From the NCBI GenBank assembly GCA_965285935.1, contig OZ260661.1, positions 63,550,001 to 63,614,000 on the forward strand: 64,000 bases of DNA, read 5' to 3'. Every line of letters begins with the position of its first letter. The stretch's first letter is position 1. Position numbers and translations under genes: made by a program. Under the pieces are notes generated by a model. It did no database searches and was not told where the DNA came from. It was given only the letters and a program-made list of their open reading frames with translations. The stretch comes from Ophelia neglecta (Eukaryota). Shown here piece after piece: positions 41,101 to 53,100 of this stretch.

Positions 41101-44100
41101 ACAGGTTGTCTTAATATAGAGGTGGTCTTTAAGCCTGGTTTCTCTGTATAATGTTCTATATCTATAACAGTTTAATTATCTATTTGATACTACAAACTGT
41201 GTTACCCCAGAATTTAAGTATTCAATATCTATTTAGCCTCCTTTTTCACCTCATGACAACCTGCAGTTTGCAATTTTGGTCATTAGTGAAATTTTCTTTT
41301 GAAAATTTAATTAAAATTTACATTAACGTATTAACACCTAATCCAGGATCATGTCAAGGAGTGTGAAGCCTATGTGACCCACAACCAGTTGTACAGCGAC
41401 ACTCTGATCCAGACCCGAGAGTGGCTACAAGGTTTAAACGACAAGCTGGATGTCTGCATGGAGCCAGCTGCTGATAAACACAGTGTCCAGAACAAGCTAG
41501 ACAGACTACAGGCAAGAGACAATCTTGATGAGTATATCTAGACAATGGGTAGACTATGTTACCAAATCTTCTCATGTGTTTATTGCCAAGACAGAGGGTC
41601 AAGTAAAGCAAATGAATATATTTGAAAAAAAGATTGATATAATGGTAAAAATGTAGGCTTACAATAATGAATTTGAATAGCTAGTATTATATAAGGAATG
41701 TAATACAGTTACTGTAGGTTTTGCTGCAGTCAATGTGAATAAGGGCTAATTGTGTTTTCACTATAAAACTTATTTTGCTATGAATGTCTTCTAAACAAAT
41801 CATAGATATTAAAGATTTAAATGTGAGCTATCTAGAAAAAAAAGACATCAAAATATCATGTATAATAACACTTAATCTGATTAGTAGAAAACATTAAGTG
41901 TTTTTTACTGTATTTAGGAATTACTGCCCACCAAGCAGGAGGGAGAGTCTCGTATTGCCATGGTAAAGAGCCAGTCTGATAGGGTCCTGCCTCAGACTGC
42001 TCCCACAGGCCAGCAGACGATCAGACGAGAGCTAGAATCTCTCAATATTGACTGGGCTCGCTACACCTCCAAGCTGGCAGACACCAAGACCGGGCTGGAG
42101 GAGACGCGTAAAGCCTGGGAGGACTTTGACGGGCTCTATGACAAGCTTGGCAAATGGATGAGAGAGATGGAAGGCCAGATCAAAGACTACGAGCTCAAGT
42201 CCACTCTCCAGGACAAGCAACAGCAGGTCAACAGGTTCAAGGTGGGTGCCAACTTACCATACAGGTGTTTTGTGGACAATACCTACCCTGTGTATGTTTA
42301 CACAACATTGAACCTTGAAGTTCACATATAAACTTGATGCCTAGGAAGTCTTAACAGATTGCATCACTAACATTAGACATGCATGAAAACATGCCAGTGA
42401 AAATTACCATTGTTATACTTCATTTTGTAGGATTATTATTTATGCTTATTTATTATAGAAATTATTAATTGTTTATTGTGGCTTTTAAATTATCACTAGT
42501 GTAGAATTAAGTTTTTTTTAATAATGTAGTTAAAGTTGCCCACTTAGTTAGAATTGCCCCTTTCATTTATAGACCATAGTCTTTTCACTGCATTAATGCC
42601 TGTAAACCAAGTCCTCTCACCCTTTGATATGATATTCCATTACAGTATTCTACCAATCCTTCCAATGTTATGGTACAATATTAATGCCATTATCTGTGAC
42701 ACTTTTACCTAGGAAATAGAGCATGAGATTCGTTCCAAGCAGACAGAGTTCAAATCATTAAGCGTCAAGACTGAGCCTGTCTCTAGTGGGCTGGGTTCCC
42801 CTAGACCTAACCCACCCCAATCCAGAGCTTTAAGCAGTGTCCTGGCCTATAGGGTTGGTTTGCTGCCACCAAGCTTTGTTCCTGTCTAGAACTACTTAGT
42901 ATAAGAACTAGCCTCCTTGACTTCTAACCACCCATACTTTAAGCATAAATCCCAAATAAAATAATGTGTAAATATAAAAAAGTGCACAATCCGTATATTG
43001 AAACCCACTTGGTTAATTCACACTGTACATAAAATAAAATATCATTCTGTTTTTATTTAATTTTTCTCACTATTAATCAACATTAAGAGCTTGTTTAATC
43101 ATCATCAGGGTATCTATACACTTTCTTGATGATGCTGCAACTGAAGAAGATCCTCGTTTTTACTTGAAATTAACACCTTAAATCATAGTACCCCCGTATA
43201 AAAATGACTGTCATGTAAAACATGTCTTCTGTATCACTGCTCAGATGTTTCATGGAGTTTCTATTCTCCACAGCATTAAGACAGGGTACAATGTTTTTCC
43301 ATGCTCCCTGTGAATACTCCCCGCGAATGGCCTAGCGGACATGATGTCACAGTAACTTGGGTTGGTTTCTTCAAGCTATAAGAACATCAATTATGTCACA
43401 ATGAACAACATCATGATTGCGGGGAGCATTTAAGGGGAGCTTTGAAAAGAATTGATCCCTGCCTTAATACCCTTGTGTTGCATTTTGCAAAACTTTGATA
43501 ACTTATAGAGAAAACAGTCTAACTTGAAAACCAACGCTCTTCCAAACTGTGTTAACTTAGTTTAATGTGATGAGGTTTGTGTGTGTTTCAGTTAGCATTT
43601 GTGTAGACTAATGACTGTGAAATTATTATTGCTTTTGATAAATTTCTTCTCAGGATAATTTATCATCATTCAGGTGCTTTTTTTGCTTAAAGACTGTAAA
43701 TGTTTTGTTTCAGAATTTCCCTACATTCTGTCCAAAACAGTTTTAGTATTAAAATGTACAAAAGGAAGCATAGAGGTCAAATTATACTGTTATTTATTTC
43801 AAAAGATATTTTATAGCAAACTAGAAAATACAACACGATTGTTATGAACAGACAGTTTATTATATAAAGGCCGGCATTTTATCCATGTACTGCTATCTTT
43901 AGGTAAAATTTATCCAATATTTCTAGGCCCAGCAGCAGGATATAGCCAGCCGTCAGCTCGACTTCGAAACAATCAGCGTCAAGGCTCAGAATCTAGAGCT
44001 GGGGGAGACCAAAATGGCTGTATACACCACCCAACTCAACCACAAATATCAGACTCTGAAGAGTAATGTCAAGGTCATTATTTTACCTGTTTACTTTATA

Positions 44101-47100
44101 CATGATGAGCAAAACATATTAAACTTGGAATTTCTAACCATTTACTAGCATTATCAAGGCATTTATTTTTTTTCACAAGTAATACTATATTGTTAAGACA
44201 ATATTTATCAATACTATAATAATAAATTTTGTATATATAGATTTATAGTGTATTTATAAAATTTGGACTTTTCAGGATGTGATTGCCAAATGGGAAGTCT
44301 ATGTCCGTGAACACCAGCAGTATGAGGCTAACTATAATAGTTCAATGAAATGGCTGAATGATCTGAATAAACGCCTGACTCAGTGCGTGGACTCTAGTGG
44401 TGACAGACACATCATCGAAGAAGTCCAGATGCGTTTACAGGAGCTCTTCCAGGAGAAGGAACAAGAGGCAGCCCAGATCCACCAGACCATTGATCAGGGG
44501 GAGAAACTGTATCCCAACACGGCCGTGGAGGGACGGGAGATCATCAGACAACAGCTGCGATCCCTCAGAGAGAAATGGGAGAGCATCAGTGACCGCCTTT
44601 CAGAGAATCAGAGGACACTGGAAGTCTCGTTGGTCCAGCTCTCCAGCTATGAGGACAGCTTCAGCCAGTTCCAGAAGTGGCTGACCGATATAGAAATCAA
44701 GGTGAAGAGAGAAGGCGAGCCCAAGGCCTCCCTGCAAGAGAAGAAAATCCAGCTGCAGAGCCACAAGGTTCAGCACCTGGACATCAAATCCCATGACAAT
44801 GTACTAGAATCCCTGCTGGAGCGTGCTCAAGGGCTCAGCCAGCCACGAGTCAAACAACAGATAGAACATCTGTCCAAACAGTACACAGATTTGTGTCGGT
44901 TCAGTGAAGAGCAGCTTGCAAAGTTTGAAAGCAATGTCAATGAGCACCAACAGTATCAGGACTCCTATCAAGAATGTACCGACGCACTGACGGCCATCAG
45001 AGAAAAAATGGCTTCCGGAGGAGATTCTACTGGGGACCATTTTATCATACAAAATAAGCTGGAAACTGTCCAGGAAGTCATTAGTCAGCTCACTGAGTGT
45101 GAACAAAAAGTGAAGCTTACCTCGGAGCTGTGTGACAAGACTACCCTGAGCACCACCATGACTGGCCGTGAAATGTTAAGAAGAGAGATGGCCATGCTGA
45201 ATGATGACTGTAAAAATATCTTGTCAGAGGCTGAAGATACTAAGGTGACCTTGGAAGAGGCCCTGTCCTACTGGCAAGAGTTTGAAGACAGCCACGATGC
45301 TCTTCTACACTGGCTCCAGAAGATAGAACTACAGCTTAAAGACTCAGAATTAAAGTCCAGTCTGGAGGAGAAAGGACAGCAGGTGGACAAATTCAAGGTT
45401 GGTTTGGACAGATTAACTTCCTCCTTTCCAGATCTGTTTATGAAAGTATGCCTTTATACTCTAAATAGTATCTATAAAGGATCTTGGTGCAATTTCAATT
45501 GCATGTATTTAAAACAATTGAAGGTGTTAAATGTCTAATTTCTGGTATCTTACAGAGCCTGAAGGATGATATTCATAGTAAGCAGAGTGATGTAGACAAG
45601 TTTACAGATGTTGCTCAGAATCTGATGCAGACCAGCAATGACATGAGATATGGCACCTATGTTACTCAGGCCACCAACAGATATAGGCTGCTACAGGCCA
45701 ATGTTAAGGTTTGTACCTAACACATGAATGAGTGGTTTGGCAATTTATAACCTCTTTAACCTAAAACCAGCATACATAATCACTAGCCTTACATGACTAA
45801 GGCAGAAAACTACAACTGTGAATATGTAAAATAGAAACAATTAGTAAATTAGCTCTAATAAATGCATTTTATAAATGAGTGTTCCTACAACATGTCTGTT
45901 ATAACTGATAAAACTGTACAATGCCTTGCAGGAGGCTGTGACTAAATGGGAGAAGTATGTTTCTGAACATATCAAGTACCGAGAAAAGTATAAAGAGTTT
46001 ACCGAATGGTTAGCTAACTCCAAGACTAGGATAGATGACGTGGCTGACATGTCTACAGACAAGGACTCGTTGGAGCAAGGCCAGGACACATTACAGAGTC
46101 TGCTCGGGGATAAGGAGGAGGGCATCCAGCGTCTGAACGCCTGTATACAGTACGGAGAGAAGCTCTATCCTGACACCGCCGCTCCAGGCCGCGAGAAAAT
46201 CAGACAGCAACTACGCACGGCCAAGGATGTCTGGGACAGCCTGCTAAGTGACATGATTGAGATGCAGCGACGCTTTGAGAGCTCGCTGGAGCTCTGGTCT
46301 GCTTACAGCAGTGGGGCAGAGGAACTGGATAAATGGATACTGGAGGTAGAAACCTGGCTTAAAACAGACACAGAACTCAAAAATACACTTCCCGAAAAGA
46401 AGTCACAACTACAAAACAACAAGGTAGGGCTGGTCTGATCATTGGTCTATACTGTTCGAAACTTGCTATATATTGTTTTATTCTTTTTATTTATGCTTTA
46501 TTTTTGTGTTTTAGAAACATAATTATTAGCACGGAATTGATTTATTTGCAGGCCCTGATGCAGGATGTAAATTCCCATGGTAGAGTGGTTGACAGTGTTC
46601 TGGAGAAGGCCCAGACTTTGTTACACTCCAGTCAGAACACAGAGGTCTCCCAGTTTATCAAAGACATCAAGTCCAAGTACCTGTCATTACAGAACATGGC
46701 CAAGGACGCCATCGTGAGGTCTGAGACCCGTGTCCGAGACCACACACTCTACACCGAGTCCTACAGCTCAACCTGTGATTGGCTACGACTGATGAACGAC
46801 AGACTGGGCATGTGCAGTGACCTGTCTGGAGACAAACACTCAGTAACCAACAAGCTGGATAGAGTCCAAGTAAACCATATAATTATATATTATATATTAG
46901 AATATTCTAAGTAATATAAGTATGAAAAAACATATACAGTGAGTTCCTTTATCTGAGAGGGCCTCCAAAGAGGTGTTCAAATATGTGCCACAGCAACTTT
47001 TCTCATAAGGAAAGTGAGTTTGAGGAGTTTCTGGAAGAAAATTGCATGAAATTCAGTATGAGAAAATGAAAAAAAGTTTTATTTTAGCCGTTTTGGAGGC

Positions 47101-50100
47101 TGGGTCAGGTTACCAGAAATACATATCAATTTTATTTGGCCTAAACATAAATAAATTGCTTACATACTAACAAGAGTTATCTTCTTTGTGTTTTTAGGAT
47201 CTGCTGAGTTCGAGGGGTGATGGTGAGAGTAAGATTCACTCCTGCGAGGAGTTTGCTCAGGCAACCATGACCAACACGGGCCTGGTCGGCAAACAGAGCA
47301 TACAGCATGAGCTGGAGCTACTCCGCAAGGACTGGGCCAGGTACGAGGCAGAAGTGACCGAGACGAGAGACAGACTGAAAGAGGTCCTAGCTAAATGGCA
47401 GGAGTATGAACTCAACTACGAGAAACTGGTTCAGTGGATCAAGGATATGGAGAAGAAAGTCAAAGACTTCGCACTGGTGCCTACTCTAGATGAGAAAAAG
47501 GCTCTTGTCAAGAAATATCAGGTGGGGTTTTAAATATTTATACATTGATGGTGTCAAGGCAGTTTTATTTTCATACTACTTAGTTAGCTCATTTCAATTG
47601 GTTGAACATATCTTCTTGCATTCTCTGGATGTGTATCTATTACTTCGTAATCACCTGGTGTCAGGAAAGAATTAGCTAGATTTCAGGAGCAATGTTGATT
47701 ATAAATTAATACATATGTTACACTGTCAGCATTTGCTCTGTAAGGGTATACTGGTAAAAGGGGCACATTACCTGATTACATTTTATAACAAGATGAAAAT
47801 ATACAGCTATTAAATAGCTGGCCATTATAAAATGCATACAACCAAGAGCTTTGAATAAGTGTATGGGAATCTGCACCACAGTACTTGAATACCACTTTGA
47901 TTTCACCATGTTTCCCAGGAACTCAAGCAACACATTGTTTTGGGGGAAGATCAAATACTCACTTTGGGTTTTGAAGAAAATGTAAGAGCACCAGCTTGGT
48001 TTAGACTTGCAGTTTTAATCCTTCAAGCACCTAATTTGGTTAACGGTTACATTTATATAGATGTTGCTGGTTTCATTATAAGCTTTAACTGGTACCATAA
48101 CCCTCAGCGCCACAGGCAGCAGACAACATTAGGAATATGGAAGTAGTGGTATATTGTATATTGTCAGCAAGTAGTATGGCTTGCTAATCAGACCCCTTCA
48201 AAATCATTTTTATCAGCTGACCACATCACTCCATCCGACACCTGACACACTGCTACTTGCATTAATATCACTGATGTTGTCCGCTGCCCATGGTCTATAC
48301 CATCCCACCCGCCCAGCCCAACCCAGCCAAACACAAGGTTACCATGTCTGACCAGAAGAATGGCCGCTGTTAACCCTTTTGCACGCTTTCACTAAATCTG
48401 TTCATTCAGTCATATCCACAGACGGGTACAGGTTGTTTAATCACCGCCCTCATAATATATTTGTATCTGGTTAACTTCATATATGACAAGGGTAATGAGT
48501 GTAAAGCAAATGCACTTCCAAAATGACAGTAAAGTGTTCATTTAGAATCGGTATAAATATTTGCAGTATTGGAAGCAGTATATATACAAAAACTGCAATG
48601 CTGTCTTATGTAAGATGACAATGTTGATGGTAATAAATTATGACAGATAAATAGTCATGTTATTGTGCAAAAATTAGAACTACATTTCCAAGTACAAGTA
48701 CATTTGTGACATGTTCTTGTGTAAATAATAACATTACTACTTCACGTAAGCATTTAAGATATTAAAGTTATAATTAATGAAGTAATTTTAGAGTTGATAA
48801 CATTGTTTGAAATTGCATGATTAGTATGTTTAATTGTTAACACATAGCATGAGCCTGGCGGATTTATATATTACTTCTGATTAATATTTTATTTAAATAG
48901 TAAAATCTGCATGTAGTGACTATTAAAGACTAACAAAATAATCACATAGCAGAGCTTTAAAATAAGAATGATGTCCCAGTCACCTAATAATAGTTATTAA
49001 TTAAGAAAACACCGTTTCAACATTTGTAGATGATCACCTGTAATTTTACACAATTAAAACATGCAGCCCTTTAGAGAAGTCTCATGTAGTGAACCATTCC
49101 ATTTTGCAATTACGTGCACAGTAGAAATACATTTAATTTTCAAAGGCATTAAAATAAATTAATCATTTGAATAAATGACATAAATGTATTTCTTTACTTG
49201 CTACCTATTATAAAACAACAAAGTATAACACACAGGATTGTTGCATGCTAATAAACCAATCTTATCATCATAATAATATACTTTTTGGTCAATAGCATGT
49301 ACCTGTAGTAAAACTATCCATATCAACATGTAAAAACTATCATGCCATGTGATGTTTTCTTCCTGAAGTCTTGACATATACTGTTTATATTTGATTAGGA
49401 GTTGCTGCAGACTGTTAAAAGCAGACAGTCTGAGCTGGACAGCCATGCGGACAGTGGACAGATACTGGCCACTACCACTGCTGAGTCCAGGGTGACCATG
49501 TATAGCTCACAGCTCAGCACCAGATACCAGTCACTGCTTAACTCCATCAAGGTACTTAAACAATACAATATATATCTATCAGTAAGAGTCAGCAGGAGAT
49601 CATTAAACTGGTGACAGTTCTGTATCCTTCATCATATATCAAATTGGGGGCTTTAAAAGTTTGTTATTCTCAAATACACATACCTGTACACGTATGTGTA
49701 CCGAAATATATGATATTCAGATATGATTACAAATCATCTGCAGGAAATTCTGAAGAAATGTGAACAGAATATCACAGAACATGAAGCATTTAACGATAGA
49801 CACAGCGACGCGAGTCGTTGGCTGAAGGCCGCAAAAGACAAATACGCCCGATGTGGTGACCTGAGCAGCTCCCGAGATGACCTGCAGATGAAGCAGGCGG
49901 TTGTTCAGGAGCTTTCACAGGAGAAGGACACGGGGTTGTCCAAACTCAACGCTGCCATGGAGGCCGGAGAGAAACTGTACCCGAACACGGCGGCAGAAGG
50001 GCGGGAGGCAATCCGTCAGCAGCTGAGAACACTCAAACAGGATTGGGATACCCTCTTTGACGAAGTGATGACCTCCCATCGTCAGCTGGAGGTCAATCTG

Positions 50101-53100
50101 GTCCAGTGGACCTCATTTGAAGAGAGCTTTGGACAGCTGGATGCCTGGTTGAAGAACATGGAGGCCCAGCTTAAGGGGGATATCCCACTCCACCCCACTT
50201 TTGAGGAGAAAAAGTTACAGCTGCAGACCTACAGGGTACAGACAATTTATGAATTTGTAAAGAAAAAAAGGACATGTTTCAATAGATTTGTGTGATTGTT
50301 TCTACCAGGTGCAGTAGCATACGAGTTGCATCATGCACAAAAAATATTTTGAAACAAGGCCATTCTGCTATTAAAATGTTTGTATTGCACACATTTTTGT
50401 GCATGAGTCTACTACACTAACAATTATGTGATGTCACAAAATATTTTAAGCTAGAGAATGGAGTGAAATGAAACTTATTTACACATATTAATGTGTAGAA
50501 AGTTAAATTTTTTGAAGCTTGAAAGCAATAGTAAAGACTGAACCACTTTGATTATGCTGATTTTGACCTACAAATTGTACTGGTTGTTTTCAGAATCTGT
50601 GCCAGGACGTGTTGTCCTACCAGAGGGTTATAGACTCGGTGCTGGACAAGGCCCAGTCTCTGGCCAGATCCTCCTCAGACCCAAAGGTCACCAAACACAC
50701 TTCACAGGTCAACGAACGATATAAAACACTCTGCAAAAATGCTAAGGTGAGTGCAGATCTACTGCTGTGAGAAGTGCAGTGTTTTATCTTATGATTATTG
50801 CCAATTGGGAGAAACCTTAAAGTTTGAAAATTGTCAGAATGTGTTACTGTTTACTGCATTCTTTCGGTAGTGACATAATGTAACACTGACAACGGATTAA
50901 GTCAGGTACTTTGTTTCAAACAGTCATAATGCCAAAGCCATCCTTTGTATGAATGTATCACATGTGTGTGGTCTGCATCATCAATGAAAGAGAACATGGA
51001 AAGAATTAAACACTTTATAATACATACTCAAACACAATTGTCAATATTATGAAGGTAAAGACAGTATGTGCAGGCATGTTAAATTTGAATTTGTATGAAT
51101 GAGTCTAGAACCATCTCGTACATTTTGTAAACCAAGGCATTTGTAATAAATTTATATGAATGCTATGTTTTGGCTTTTCCACAATAATAAAGAGGTACAG
51201 ATGTTTTTTTTACATTTAAAACTTGGTCTCAAATTTGTTTGGTAGGAGTGTGTGACCAAATATGAGGACTATGTCAATGATCACCAGCAGTACCACTCTG
51301 CTCACTTTGAGTGTAGTGAGTGGCTGGCTATGATGTGTGAACGCCTGGAGATGTGTACGGACATCACCGGCGACCGCCACGCCCTGCAAAACAGACTGGA
51401 ACGCATGGAGGTCAGTACACTCCCTAGTCTACATGTTAACATCCAACCCAATACACTGTGTAGATACTGGGAAACCAAATCCATTCACATAAATACTATT
51501 GTAATTTTCATCTGCTGGATGATCTGTACTTTGTATGGTTGAAAGTGTTGAATTTACCCACTTTAATTAAAGCCAAAAGGAATTCAGGACAAATGTGAAT
51601 TTATTTGATTTTCCAGTCTTGTAAAGTTTTAGCTCTATTATTCAATCATTACAAAACATGTTCATCTATTGTTAGATAAGTACACATGATGTTAGATGGC
51701 ATGAAGTAGTAACTTTATATCTAGAATATACACTTAAGTATTTTATGAATGTGCATGGATGACACTTGTGTCGTAAACACAATTAAAATCTTCAGTATAT
51801 TCTGTCCATTCACTGCAGCATGCTGTAGGATTTATAACTGTTGCATGAAGAATCTTTAATTTTATTATGCTTTAATATACCAGAATTTGTTTATAATATC
51901 AAAGAGTCCTGAGCGGTGTTTTATATTACCTAAAGGCTTCGCTGTGTTCCATATGCTTATTGTGAACTTATCTGGCAAACAGTATCGGCCGTTCACACAG
52001 CAATAAGCCAGGCTCAGCCTTAAACTGCCTGCTATCAAACAGCTAAAAGTATCTTACCTAATGTTTATGTTCTTTAAAACTTTCATATAATTCCTCCATT
52101 GGGAAATTACATTGTGAAAACAGCGCCGTTGTGTAAGTGTAATAATCAAAAATAGTTTGATGAGAAACAGTCACTTTAATTCTGCTGTATCCAGGGCGTG
52201 CTTCCTTTCTTTTGCACAAACCTATGTCTTCTTTTACACAGCATTATAATAACTATCATGTACAGTTCATATACATTATACTAGTTTAAGATCATCATTT
52301 TAGTGTCCGTTTTTGTGTCTGATAGTTTAGTCTGATGAATCCTTTTTGAGTCGTCCATTTCTTTAATAGATGAACTCTTTTGTTCAATTTAGTTAGCTCT
52401 GTGTTCCATTTCAAGATCTGATTCAGTATATTATGCTGGCATATCTAGGAACCCAATGGCTAATATGTGTATGCTGATCCAATACTAATATTGCATGCAT
52501 ACATGTAATACTGTGTATTAATAACCAGCTGTAAGCTTTAGCTTTTTATCTGCAAAAAAAACAATATTATCTTGGGCATAACTCTTACCTCCTTCTGTCA
52601 GCAGGCCATAGTCAGTTCAAATGAATATGTTGTCATTAAGGCATTTATTCTCACACAACAATGTACTTTATTGTATACTCTCTTTAATATTCATATTGCT
52701 CAGCATTATTGCATGACACCTTTAAAGATATATATTGTGTTATTAAAGCAGAACATAGTATATTTGGCATAATGTACCTAGCTTTGCTTACTAACAGAAT
52801 TCACAATTGACTGGTACTGTCGGCCCACTGTATGATGTACCATTAAGTCTTTTGCATGCATGCACGACTGGCAAATTTGCTCATTTGTATAGTTTTTGTA
52901 CATTTTTGTTTACTATGCATAAAACAACACAAGTTTGTATGTGCATGACATTTTTACACCAGTGATCTGAGTAAAGGCTTGCATTTTGGTTTGGCATAAC
53001 AATTCACTATAATCTGCATTTAAAAACAACCCTGATTGCGGAGGGTTTTTGCAATACATTTGTACCATATTCATAAGTATATATATTTGATAATAATTGT

